Source: Gammaproteobacteria bacterium
GTDB lineage: Bacteria; Pseudomonadota; Gammaproteobacteria; GCA-001735895
NCBI GenBank assembly: GCA_050298595.1
Contig: JBNKUM010000063.1
Span: 1-39,465, forward strand
Direction: 5' to 3'
Length of the DNA stretch: 39,465 nucleotides
Below the pieces are notes generated by a model. That model ran no database searches. It had not been told where the DNA came from and saw only the letters and a program-made list of their open reading frames with translations. Numbering within the stretch: the first letter of the stretch is position 1; each line of letters starts with the position of its first letter. This document shows, one piece after another, positions 19,250-29,485 of this stretch. A program made the translations under genes and the position numbers.

Positions 19250-21652
19250 ATGAACAATATTAGAGATAGTATCGAGGGATTTTTCAGCCGTCTGGGGCTT
19301 ATTGTGTATCAGTTTAAATACGTGGCATTAACCTTCGTACTGGCACTCACGGCGTTTTTATTCTTACAACTTCCAAAGCTGACGATTGATACCTCGAATG
19401 ATGCTTTTTATCATCAAGATGACCCCATTCGAATTGGATACAATAAGTTCCGCCAGCAATTTGGCAAAGATGACCATATTATCATTGGCCTCAAACCGGC
19501 AAAAATCTTTACTTCGTCGTTTTTACAGACTCTGCAACAGATACAGTCTGAAATAGAAGACAAGGTTCCGCATATAAAAAAGGCAACCAGCTTATTGAAT
19601 GTGCGTCATACCTATGGCCAGGACGATGAACTCATCGTTGAAGATCTCATCGAATCAATCCCGCAATCTTCACAAGAGCTCGCGGCGTTGCAACAAAAAG
19701 CTACAAGCAACCCGTTTTATCAGAATTATTTATTATCCAAAGATGGTGAGTTTACTTTTATCGATATCGAGCCGGTAGCCGTTAAGGTTATAAAAACTAC
19801 AGATCCTGGCCAGGCCGCACAGATAAAGTACGTCAGCACCCAGGAATACGCTGAAATGGTGGATGCTCTGCAACCGATTCTGGCGAAATATAAATCCTCT
19901 GCTCTAAACATCTATGTCGCAGGATTCCCGGTCATCACCGACCGATTAACTCGCGCGATCGAACAGACTATGGCCGAATTAATGCCTATATCCATGCTGG
20001 TAAACCTTATTTTCCTCATCCTGTTATTCCGCCGTATCAGCGGCGTTATTTATCCATCTATCACCGTCCTTTTATCCATTACCTCCACAGTCGGTGCCAT
20101 GGCATGGCTTGCTATATCCATGGATCTGATCACATCTATTTTACCGACGTTATTAACCGTTGTAGCCATCGCAGACTCGGTTCATTTAATGTCTGGTTTC
20201 TATCAGGAATATGAGAAAAATGGTGGTGATAAAAAAGCCGCCATTGCCCATTCCATGGGGCGCAATGGTCTCGCCATTCTGATGACCAGTTTAACTACCA
20301 GCGTAGGCTTTGCTTCTTTCTTACTCGCTGATATGGCTCCTGTCGCCCATCTTGGCATAGTCGCACCCATAGGCATTGCCCTCGCGTTTATTTATACCGT
20401 TTTATTACTGCCCGCATTGATCGCTATCTTCCCCTTGAGTAAGCCGAAGAACAACTATGTCCTTACAGGATTTTCTGATCGAATCCTGGACTGGATTGCA
20501 GATATAAGCTGTACACGCTACAAAACTATTCTATTTGCCAGTTTCGTTTTATTGCTGATTGGGATCTCGGGAGCATCACAGCTCAGACTCTCCCATAATG
20601 CATTAAAATGGTTCCCACAGGATAGTCAGGTACGCGTTGATACTACGATGATTGATGCTGCATTAGGCGGTTCAATCCCCATTGAAGTCACCATCGATAC
20701 GGGTAAAAAGCGGGGACTTTATAATCCTGACCTGATACGTCGTTTAGCCGTTTCTGCAGAAGCGGTGAAAAGACTGGGAACGGATAGTGTAGGCGTTGCT
20801 AACATCATCAGCTTACACACCATACTTAAAGAGGTGAATAAGGCATTACACGCAAACAATGATGCTGATTATACAATCCCTGATAGCCGTGAGTTGATTG
20901 CACAGGAGTTACTGTTGTTTGAAATCAGTGCAGCCGATGATCTGTATAAGCTGGTAGATGATAATTACTCAAAGGTACGTTTTACAATCATGATTCCTTT
21001 TACCGATGCGATACAGATCAGACCGGTATTAAATAACATTAAGGCGCATTTTATATCAACTTACCCGGATACTACCATTTCTATTACCGGGATCGCACCG
21101 ATGCTGGTTGAAACTATGTATGACGTATTAACCAGCATGCTCAAAAGCTATGGGGCTGCATTAATCGCGATTACCTTTTTAATGATTGCTCTGATAGGTA
21201 AAATAAAGTTAGGCATAATCAGTATGGCCCCTAATTTATTGCCGATCATTCTAGTCATGGGCCTAATGGGCTGGATGGGCCTGCCCTTCGATTTCTCAAA
21301 TATGCTAGTAGGCAGTATCGCTATTGGTCTGGTAGTAGACGATACCATACATTTTTTACATAACTTAAGGCGACACTTTGATCGAACTGGAAATATAACT
21401 ATCTCAATCAGAGACACCCTGCATTCGACGGGACGAGCCATTTTCATCACCAGTATGGTTTTAGCCTCTGGTATGACCGTTGCTATGACCGCTGATTTAA
21501 GCTCTACTGCGAACTTTGGACTGATTACCGCGACAGTAATCCTGCTGGCCTTGATTGCTGATTTTTTTATGGTGCCGGCCCTGATGTTCGCCCTTTATAA
21601 GAAAACGGCCAGTTCGTTAGCTACAGCTGAAGCAACAGCTACAGGCAGGTAA
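19250..21652 (+). CDS. MMPL/RND-superfamily transporter
   Basis: Duplicated architecture with IADSVH and VVDDTIH motifs, TSLTTSVGF, and two periplasmic domains. Confidence 0.9.
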   Translation: MNNIRDSIEGFFSRLGLIVYQFKYVALTFVLALTAFLFLQLPKLTIDTSNDAFYHQDDPIRIGYNKFRQQFGKDDHIIIGLKPAKIFTSSFLQTLQQIQSEIEDKVPHIKKATSLLNVRHTYGQDDELIVEDLIESIPQSSQELAALQQKATSNPFYQNYLLSKDGEFTFIDIEPVAVKVIKTTDPGQAAQIKYVSTQEYAEMVDALQPILAKYKSSALNIYVAGFPVITDRLTRAIEQTMAELMPISMLVNLIFLILLFRRISGVIYPSITVLLSITSTVGAMAWLAISMDLITSILPTLLTVVAIADSVHLMSGFYQEYEKNGGDKKAAIAHSMGRNGLAILMTSLTTSVGFASFLLADMAPVAHLGIVAPIGIALAFIYTVLLLPALIAIFPLSKPKNNYVLTGFSDRILDWIADISCTRYKTILFASFVLLLIGISGASQLRLSHNALKWFPQDSQVRVDTTMIDAALGGSIPIEVTIDTGKKRGLYNPDLIRRLAVSAEAVKRLGTDSVGVANIISLHTILKEVNKALHANNDADYTIPDSRELIAQELLLFEISAADDLYKLVDDNYSKVRFTIMIPFTDAIQIRPVLNNIKAHFISTYPDTTISITGIAPMLVETMYDVLTSMLKSYGAALIAITFLMIALIGKIKLGIISMAPNLLPIILVMGLMGWMGLPFDFSNMLVGSIAIGLVVDDTIHFLHNLRRHFDRTGNITISIRDTLHSTGRAIFITSMVLASGMTVAMTADLSSTANFGLITATVILLALIADFFMVPALMFALYKKTASSLATAEATATGR

Positions 21653-21707
21653 TTTACCGTTGAAATACATGCGCTGGATGATTCAATATTGCCCAGCCCT
21701 CGCTGTT

Positions 21708-22022
21708 CTAGGTATTGCTATCCCACATCACATTACATTCAGCTTTCTCAGCGGCCTTGAGCAATTCGATCAGAGGTAAGGCTCTATGCGAAAGCGTTAT
21801 CACCGGTTCATCATCCATATCGGCAGAGGGCTGCTGGGGTGGATTGAATTGACTGTTTACTTCAATCGCTGCCTGTAGTTTCTGCAACGCAGCCGGTACG
21901 TCTTTAGCCATCAATGCGCTGGGCACCTGACCACTGTGTCCCATATATTTAATTAATTGAATAGCCACATCACCAAACATTGTGATGTCGGCATAGGCCG
22001 AACAGGTGAAGGTTATTAGCAT
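21708..22022 (-). CDS. DUF1840-family small protein
   Basis: MLITF..AYADITMFGDVA..L...MGHSG.VP.A...L.HRALPLIELL..A......VMW is the pattern of this family. Confidence 0.85.
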   Translation of the reverse strand: MLITFTCSAYADITMFGDVAIQLIKYMGHSGQVPSALMAKDVPAALQKLQAAIEVNSQFNPPQQPSADMDDEPVITLSHRALPLIELLKAAEKAECNVMWDSNT

Positions 22023-22321
22023 GATATCTTTCTCCAGGTTGGTTCATTATATCGATCATAAACCATATTCACTCCCACCAGAGTATTTCTCTCAATGGTT
22101 TAGTGTTGTTGCCTGGTTAATTGATGGGTAGAAAGGTCACGATGATCGTTAAGATTCACCGCGACCTGTAATATAACACCATTGAAAATACAAAAAACGA
22201 TATTTGCGTTTTTCAATCACCTCGGCCCTGCCCCCCACATGAGGAGAGGGTGTTAATGGGACGGTAGCGAGTTGGCGATATCCTCGACGCTTCTCATTTG
22301 AAGATTTTGACCTCCCCTTAC

Positions 22322-24406
22322 TTACAACATGAACCACTTCTGCAGTAGATCCAGGAAACTCTGCCACCAAGCGTTATAGTCATCAGGGTGTGGCCATGAG
22401 TCAGGCTGCGGCGTTGGCTGCGGCGTTGGCTGCGGCGTTGGCTGCGTCGTTGGCTGCGTCGTTGGCTGCGGCGTTGGCTGTGGCGTTGGCTGTGGCGTTG
22501 GCTGTGGCGTAGGCTGCGGCGTTGGCTGTGGTGTTGGCTGTGGTGTTGGCTGTGGTGTTGGCTGTGGTGTTGGCTGTGGTGTTGGCTGTGGTGTTGGCTG
22601 TGGTGTTGGGTTTGATCCATCATCATAGGATGCTATAAGTGACACACGGGAAAAGGCGCTATAGCCGTGTATCAGCACATAGTATCTACCTGCCTGCGCT
22701 ATCCTGATATCACAGGTCTCTTCAGCCTCTAAGTAGGGTCGGCAATCGTAGCTGCCTGTAGTAGGTTCAGAACCAAAGCGTACGTAGAGGTCGGCATCAC
22801 CAGTGCCGCCGCTCATAGTGAACTTTAGCCCCGTGGCGTTGGCCGGCACGTCGATGGCGAATAACAACTGGTCACCGACCCGGCCCGAGAGATCACTTTC
22901 AGCGACACTGTTATCCAATATGACCAAATCGGGTGTAGGAGTGGGATTTGGGTCACTACCAGTCACCGCAGCCACAGCGGCCGCTGCGTCAACAATACCG
23001 GCGCCACATCTGTCACATGGTGAAGAGAAGGGACGAGCGGTATCTTTCAGTATCTGCTCCACCTCGTCAGGTGTTATGTCGGGCTTGATGGAATAGAGTA
23101 ACGCGGCCACACCGCTGACGTGGGGCGTCGACATGCTTGTGCCATCATAGTATTCGTAACTGTCCGAACGTGGGGAATTCCTGCCTGAGTTTATGGTGGA
23201 GAGTATTTGAGTACCCGGCGCAGAAATATCGATCCTGCTTCCAAAGTTCGAGAAGTCTGCGAGCGCCCCTCGCCTGTTGGTCGCTGCAACCGCAATTACG
23301 CCATTGCAGTTGGCAGGCTCATCGTTGGAGACATCATGCGATTCGTTTCCGGATGCCACAACAATGGTCGCGCCCTGCTGGCGGGCGGTATCGATGGCAG
23401 CCTGCATAGTTCGGGAACATCTTTTGGCGTCACCACCCACACTAAGATTGATTACCCTGGCAGGGGTTGGGTTGGCAGGTACACCTCTGACATTCGCACC
23501 AGAAGCCCAGATGACACCGTCAGCGATATCCGTCAGATAGCCTCCACACTTACCGAGTACGCGAACGGGCAGCACCTTGGCTTTGTGGGCGACACCGATG
23601 ACGCCGATACCGTTATCCCCCACCGCTGCGATAGTGCCGGTGATGTGAGTGCCGTGCCAGGAACTGCTAAAGCCGTCACAAGGGTCTCCTGGGTCGTGGG
23701 CGTCATTATCACGTCCATCACCGTCGTTGGACGAGTCGGTGTCGCCAATCAGGTCGTAGCCGGGGAGTTGTAGATTATCAACCAGATCAGCGTGATCTGT
23801 GTATCCGGTATCGACCACCGCGACAATAACACCCTCTCCCCTGGTGGTATCCCATGCCTCAGGCAGTTCGATACCACCAGCTTCTTCGTAGTAGTGCCAC
23901 TGTTCGTTGTATCTGGAATCGGACGGTGTGTAGTAAGCAAAGAATCTCTTATCAGGTTCAGCATACTCGACATCCGGATTTGACTCGATTTCCTGGATGA
24001 TCGCATCTACATCTTCAAGTGGAAGCACCTCATTAAGTTTGAAGAGCTGTGCGCCAGAGCCGGTACTGCGCAAATGTGACATGACGCGACCGGTGGTCAG
24101 GGAAAGCCGCTGAGACATTTGCTTAAAGGCGACACTACTACCCTCCGCCGACTGGCGATACTTCACGATAATGCGATCAGTTTTACTGGCCATCTGCGCC
24201 AGGAGAGCCGCAGCATCTCCATTCCCCTGAAAGGGTACGCCGTATTCAGATCCTAACGGTGTTGAGTTATCCTGAGTCAGAGTATCTGAACCTGAATCAC
24301 CGGATGCACCATCATCCTGGGCACAGCCACTTAAGACGAAAATCAGTAGAAGAACCAGGCTTGAGAATAGTAAGCGAGGCTGTGACCTTTGATTACCATA
24401 AATCAT
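22322..24406 (-). CDS. S8 subtilase (AprV/MprA-like) lipoprotein with a PPC domain, PTPQ-repeat linker and amphipathic tail
   Basis: Lipobox LSGC, catalytic VAVVDTG / HGTHITG / GTSMSTPHV, oxyanion ASGNE, and PPC motif GDADLYVRFG. Confidence 0.93.
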   Translation of the reverse strand: MIYGNQRSQPRLLFSSLVLLLIFVLSGCAQDDGASGDSGSDTLTQDNSTPLGSEYGVPFQGNGDAAALLAQMASKTDRIIVKYRQSAEGSSVAFKQMSQRLSLTTGRVMSHLRSTGSGAQLFKLNEVLPLEDVDAIIQEIESNPDVEYAEPDKRFFAYYTPSDSRYNEQWHYYEEAGGIELPEAWDTTRGEGVIVAVVDTGYTDHADLVDNLQLPGYDLIGDTDSSNDGDGRDNDAHDPGDPCDGFSSSWHGTHITGTIAAVGDNGIGVIGVAHKAKVLPVRVLGKCGGYLTDIADGVIWASGANVRGVPANPTPARVINLSVGGDAKRCSRTMQAAIDTARQQGATIVVASGNESHDVSNDEPANCNGVIAVAATNRRGALADFSNFGSRIDISAPGTQILSTINSGRNSPRSDSYEYYDGTSMSTPHVSGVAALLYSIKPDITPDEVEQILKDTARPFSSPCDRCGAGIVDAAAAVAAVTGSDPNPTPTPDLVILDNSVAESDLSGRVGDQLLFAIDVPANATGLKFTMSGGTGDADLYVRFGSEPTTGSYDCRPYLEAEETCDIRIAQAGRYYVLIHGYSAFSRVSLIASYDDGSNPTPQPTPQPTPQPTPQPTPQPTPQPTPQPTPQPTPQPTPQPTPQPTPQPTTQPTTQPTPQPTPQPTPQPDSWPHPDDYNAWWQSFLDLLQKWFML
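22404..22607 (-). repeat. 17 x 12-bp tandem repeat encoding (PTPQ)n
   Basis: Plus-strand units GGCTGYGKYGTW; the last 7 are identical GGCTGTGGTGTT. Confidence 0.95.
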
Positions 24407-25517
24407 TTATACACTCCATCTGGTATTGCGCTTGGACAGGCCAGATCGCACCAGTCACAAAAAATATTTAAAAACTCCCCCTCCCCAAAAGCACGTCAGG
24501 ATTCTAATTCCTGATTTTTGAAGAGCACTTTTTGACTCATTCGAAAAGTTACCTAATGCAACTCACCTTAAATCCTATACACCCTATCTCATGATTCAAG
24601 AGTGAGTATATGAGTCGAAATCCACCTGAATCAGATCATGCCAGATAAAAAAACATAGACTCGTTCCAGCATATCCCCATTTAAAAACAAGCTGTAACTT
24701 TTTATTTGCCCCCATACTTTTATGCCTGTTAATACATATGCAATATCAACTTGAATTTTTATAATTTTGAGCACAATCCTCTCTCCGTCCCCTTTTAAAT
24801 TTTCCAGATCAGATCACTGTTGATTACCCATAGGCTCGAGACTCTCTTTAAGCCTATAAAACACGCTTTATCTCAACATTCAGAGCAATAATACCTTTAT
24901 GCTAAACACAACAATCAAATGCTTGACATTTAAATTACAAATACATTTCCCATAAAAAAAACCTGCACATCAGGTAACGGAAAATTATATTGAGACTTTT
25001 TGCACAAAAATTGAGTTTAACTTCCGACCTTTAAAAAACGGTCGGGAGTATAACAATTTTTGAAGCGGATTCAGCCTGACATCTATGATCAGAGATCAAA
25101 GCAAGCCTGTAGTTTGCCTGATGATAAGAGGTTCTTAAGTCACATCAAATCAGGCTTTAGTATCTCAGAAAGAGCATATTAATTTTGCAGAATAAAAAAT
25201 CTTAAACTGTATATTGTGCAAATCAAATTCACTCAGCCTCCTTTTAAAATTTCTCCGCTATCACTGAGCGATAAATGACGTCTAGATAGCATCAACTTTT
25301 GCTTTAAAGTTACTCAATAAAGCCATGCTGACGCTAATATTCTGTGACATATTCAACAACTTTGTAAAAAGTTTATTTCAATTTATGCCTCGTGATAATC
25401 CCTCAAACAGGCTTCGGGGACTGACTTTTCAATTGACGTACTTTTTTAGTGGATACAGACGGCCTTTACATACATTTAATCCAGCTGTTTAGCCTGAATG
25501 CTTCATATATCTATTGA

Positions 25518-26073
25518 GACATGTGGAAGCACTACCTGAAGGTTATCAAATCAAGACTGGACAAGGCAATAGATGACGTAAGGGCGAAGGAAGTCAAGAC
25601 CTTGAAGGCACAGGGGCCTGAATCAGTATTAACGAAATCATGCTAATTATTACAGAATCGACCTAAAAATCTGACGGAGACTCAGGAGAGTAAATTATCC
25701 GAATTGCTACAGTACAATTCAAAGTCCATCAGTAGTTATCTGCTGAAAGATGAATTTCAGATGCTCCTGGAATGCGTATCGCCCTACTGCGCAGGAAAGT
25801 TTCTGGATAAGAGGTGTGCAAAAACTATGGGACCGAAGATAGAAGCAATTTTTAAGGTTCCAAAGTTCTGAGAAGACATCGCCTCTTATTACTGAACGAA
25901 AGTGTTTCGAGTAAAAAAACAGTATTCCTGTGGCATAGTTGAGGATTTGAATACCAAAGCAAAACTGACTGCCAGAAAAGCATATGATTTTCGGACCTAT
26001 AAAACAGCTGAAATCTGCTTTGTATCATACATCTGTGACGCTACCTGTACCGGTAACTATTCACCAATATTGA
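25518..26073 (+). mobile_element. ISL3-family transposase remnant (pseudogene)
   Basis: Decayed translation DMWKHYLKVI...DKAIDDVRAKE...YLLKDEFQ...AGKFLD...GIVEDLNTKAKLTARKAYDFRTY with stops and frameshifts. Confidence 0.85.
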
Positions 26074-26362
26074 TAAAAACTTCATCCATATACCAGATAT
26101 CACCGAGCACTCTACGGTGGTTCTTGATAGATCGAGCATACATAGGACCGAATCTTCTACACCAATTCCGAATAGTTTCGTAGGAAACTATACCCCCCCT
26201 CTCAGCCAGGAGATCCTCGGCATCGCGAAAGCTCAGATTAAATCGATGATAGAGCCAAACTGCATGACTGATGATTTCGGGAGGAAACGGTATCCGTAAA
26301 AGACAGGATTGGTTTGATTCATGCCATCTGTTTAAACGATTGCTCCTTAATTTGACAGTACC
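26057..26362 (-). mobile_element. IS6-family element remnant (left end plus N-terminal transposase fragment)
   Basis: Terminal GGTACTGTCAAATT (26349-26362) and ATG at 26322. After a frameshift it reads PEIISHAVWLYHRFNLSFRDAEDLLAERG..VSYETIRNWC..FG...DIWYMDEVFINIGE, then stops. Confidence 0.88.
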
Positions 26363-26394
26363 CTATAGTGCACGAATAACGTAGATTGACAGAA

Positions 26395-29166
26395 TTATCG
26401 CTTGCTCAGACGGGCAAACAATACTCCTAAAACAAGTAATGAAAATAATATTAAAATCAATATCACTTCTGATTTACCAATACATCTCGATCTTGATCCA
26501 TTTCCCTCAGGATCGGGATACTCCCCGACCTTGCCCCAGTATGGATTGTAACCCAACTCAGCGAAGATATACCAAGCAGTGGCCCCGACATGCAATCGAC
26601 TAAAGTATTCCCAGTCAAATCCGGTTGAAACATGATCATGCGAAGCGGCAATAATCCCTTTTCCATTGCTATTTATTCCTCCGATCTGGGCTTTTTTAAT
26701 CTCGTCCAGATAAATCTGAGCTCGGTCCGAGCTATTATTGAATTTAAAGGACAAAGCCATTTGCGCGGTCCCCTCGAACCATATCCCGTCAAGTTCGCGG
26801 TCGGGTACATCACAATTGAAATCAAACCCTTTGAAACCATCTTTTTCCAGTTCGCAGTGACCAAGCGCCCAATCCAGACCGCGTCTATAAGTTAAATCAT
26901 CGGGCATAGCCATTACAGCCCAGGCTTGCACATCAGTGGGTACATTGTCTGTGTTGATTGAAGCCCCGTCGGTACCGGTACCCGTCCAGAAAAAACCACT
27001 CCTGTTTTCCCACATAGCATCGACAAATTGCCTGGCATGATCAGCACGCTCCTTCCAAACTTCTTTCCCGGTTATCTCATACAAGCGCTGGAATGCAGGA
27101 TACAGATCAATATTGTGTTCTGTGGATTTGTACATCAACTTTGTTGGTGGACCAGGGTTAACATTTGTTGTTTCCCATCCTTTAACCCCCCCTGTATAAC
27201 CTCCACTTCCTCGTTCATCCCTGGTATTCGTCTCAACCCACTCACCCATTTTTAAGGCAGCGTTTAAATAACTCTCGTCATTGGAAGCATCGTAATAGGT
27301 GATTAGCGCCAGCATTGCCCAGGCCACATTCCCTGTATGGGTGCTGACGTTAAATTCATCTTCATACCACTCTTGAGCCTGGATATCCCACCACCCAGGA
27401 AGCTTAGCCTTGTAATCGGGAGGATCTGATATGTCACCAGACATGTAGCCATTGCGTATTCTTCCATCGTCGTAAGACCTGTCATTCTCGAGCACATAGA
27501 CCAGTGTATCTGCAAGGATTTTTGCACGCTGTAGATCTTCGGTTGCTCCTCTCGCGACATACGCAATGAGTGCCAGAGCGTTATCGTAGACATACGATGT
27601 ATTAGCTAATGGAAATTCAATATCTGTATCTAACAACGTAAAACTCTGCAGAAATCGTAATTTGTCGGTACGGTCTATTTCAAATTTGACATCGTCTATA
27701 TAGAAAATCGGGTCATTCTGTACGGTCCAGCCAAACGGGCTAATAATATGAGACAAATCAATACCCTCTCTATTCAAGGGAATTTCGTAGTGTGCCCATT
27801 CATTAGTTAAAGAAATACTGCCAGTACTAGCTGCGGGCATTAACGAATCAGGGTAAGCACCATCCACGCCGCCCACAACAAATTCAACCAACTCGCCTCC
27901 TGCTTCACCACGAGCCCAAAAAGTAAGTTTTTCTGCTCCGCTGAGATCAAATCCAGCATTGGGAGTATTTGCCCAATTGCTATCTGGGTGCAACCAACGA
28001 ATACCAACCCAGGATGGTGCCGTCGTTTCCCAAACGTTTTTAAAACAGCTCAGGCCATTGAAACAGTTAACCCGCCAATTGGGATCCACCTGTAATATAC
28101 CGGTATATCCCATCCAGCCGGATGGGCTACCATGGTTCCCCCCGCTTAAGAAGTCACTATAGACATCGAAGCTATTGTGGTATTGGTCCATGACCTCATT
28201 GAGGTAATCAAAAGCCCTACTCTCACTATCTACGCTTAAATCAAGTACATATACAGTACGAATCTTCTCTATCGCATGGTTTCCGGTAGTATCGTTAACA
28301 TTGAAGGACAAGCGATATGCCCCTGGAGTTGTTGTATCGACTGTACCTCGCTGTACGACCAAATGAGTGATGTTGCCATCTTTATTATCTATTGCCGAGA
28401 AAGGCTGTGCGACATAGGTCTCTCCGATATTCAAAGTCTGGGTATTGACGCCCATCAAATCGATAACGGGTTTCGTATTGTCATAGGGTGAATCCTGAGT
28501 GTAGGTATTGGCGATTTCCTGATTGTTTTTTACATAGTCGTAAACTTTGAGTTCATCGATGACGCTTTGAGAAAATCCATAGTATCCGGTCCATCCGACC
28601 ACGAAAGATCCGTTCGGGTTCGGGGTGGAGTTGCTCGTAATCCCATCGAACGAGCTCTTGCATTCAGCATCCCAACATACTTTGAAGTTGGTATTTGAAT
28701 CCTCCACCTTCCAAACAGCGGTAACCATATGCCATAAACCATCATAAACAATGGGCGCTGGGCTCCAAGCCTGGTCGAATCTGTTACTGGCATTTTTCAC
28801 TTCCATGATCAAATGATTGCTGTTTTTAAAAACACCCCAACTATTTGGTCTGCCGAGGGAGCCAATATCAAAGAAACCCAGCCCGTTAGCATTGGGGGTT
28901 TTTACCCAGAACTCTAAAGTCCCCTGGTTGAGCTGAAGTCTTTGGGAGATAGGATAGGTAATCGCTTTAGATCCAGAAAAATCTGCTGCATTGCCCAATA
29001 TTCCTGGCACGATATCTGGCCATCCACTACCCGAGGAGGCTGCACCGTTTTGCTGGATATTATTCAGGCTATCGAAGGATTCGTGAAACAGTAAAGTGTC
29101 TGCGCCTGAAACGGCAGGCAATAAGAATGTGCTTAGTACAACAATAAAAACCAATATTTGTTTCAT
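26395..29166 (-). CDS. Large secreted multidomain protein: LamG-like, DUF5011 Ig-like, CBM-like and six-hairpin glycosidase-like domains, with a C-terminal membrane anchor
   Basis: ATG at 29166 with an AAGGGAG RBS and signal peptide. Motifs: QGTLEFWVK/WHMVTAVW/IDELKVYD (LamG); DNTKPVI.L.G...A.DNKDGNIT...VDT..PG.Y (DUF5011); DLSGAEKLTFWARGE.GGE (CBM11-like); YVYDNALA, STEHN.D and WFEGTAQ. Ends in a hydrophobic tail and RLSKR. Confidence 0.75.
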   Translation of the reverse strand: MKQILVFIVVLSTFLLPAVSGADTLLFHESFDSLNNIQQNGAASSGSGWPDIVPGILGNAADFSGSKAITYPISQRLQLNQGTLEFWVKTPNANGLGFFDIGSLGRPNSWGVFKNSNHLIMEVKNASNRFDQAWSPAPIVYDGLWHMVTAVWKVEDSNTNFKVCWDAECKSSFDGITSNSTPNPNGSFVVGWTGYYGFSQSVIDELKVYDYVKNNQEIANTYTQDSPYDNTKPVIDLMGVNTQTLNIGETYVAQPFSAIDNKDGNITHLVVQRGTVDTTTPGAYRLSFNVNDTTGNHAIEKIRTVYVLDLSVDSESRAFDYLNEVMDQYHNSFDVYSDFLSGGNHGSPSGWMGYTGILQVDPNWRVNCFNGLSCFKNVWETTAPSWVGIRWLHPDSNWANTPNAGFDLSGAEKLTFWARGEAGGELVEFVVGGVDGAYPDSLMPAASTGSISLTNEWAHYEIPLNREGIDLSHIISPFGWTVQNDPIFYIDDVKFEIDRTDKLRFLQSFTLLDTDIEFPLANTSYVYDNALALIAYVARGATEDLQRAKILADTLVYVLENDRSYDDGRIRNGYMSGDISDPPDYKAKLPGWWDIQAQEWYEDEFNVSTHTGNVAWAMLALITYYDASNDESYLNAALKMGEWVETNTRDERGSGGYTGGVKGWETTNVNPGPPTKLMYKSTEHNIDLYPAFQRLYEITGKEVWKERADHARQFVDAMWENRSGFFWTGTGTDGASINTDNVPTDVQAWAVMAMPDDLTYRRGLDWALGHCELEKDGFKGFDFNCDVPDRELDGIWFEGTAQMALSFKFNNSSDRAQIYLDEIKKAQIGGINSNGKGIIAASHDHVSTGFDWEYFSRLHVGATAWYIFAELGYNPYWGKVGEYPDPEGNGSRSRCIGKSEVILILILFSLLVLGVLFARLSKR

Positions 29167-29457
29167 TGTTCTTTCTCCCTTTGAAATCCGCAATAGGTAT
29201 GAATCACCGGATATCCCGATTTCAACATACTTAACAACGAACTTTTAAGGCCTAAAACACTGCCTAAATACCAATTCTACGTCATTCTTCAACTAAGTAA
29301 ATTACTTCTAATCAAACACTGGACTATCGGCGATTAACCAAAAGGAGATTATCATCGTACATATTAATGTGCGTTCTTCTTTCAAGGGAAGGAAGTTGGT
29401 GAATAGATGAAGGGTATCGTCGATATAGGGTGTAAACAGCTAATTACGAAATATGGG

Positions 29458-29485
29458 GCAGAGAATAGCTGACACTATTCTCTGC
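29458..29485. terminator. Hairpin downstream of tRNA-Thr, possible terminator
   Basis: GCAGAGAATAG-CTGACA-CTATTCTCTGC, an 11-bp perfect stem without a clear U-tract. Confidence 0.4.

Noticed and set aside
21569-21579. ATGGTGCCGGC matches the tRNA-Thr 3' end (possible att site)
   Set aside because: Only 11 bp and in frame within an intact MMPL helix (FMVPAL); compatible with chance.
22404-22607. Tandem repeat as a possible CRISPR array
   Set aside because: The 12-bp units are contiguous, have no spacers, lie in a coding frame and have no cas genes nearby.
22318-22626. ORF encoding (HHSQ)n/(RRSQ)n, resembling a His-rich metal-binding peptide
   Set aside because: It is an alternative frame of the PTPQ repeat inside the subtilase gene.
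25902-26299. Plus-strand ORFs 25902-26183 and 26117-26299 as genes
   Set aside because: The first is an ISL3 fragment running out of frame; the second is the antisense shadow of the IS6 transposase.
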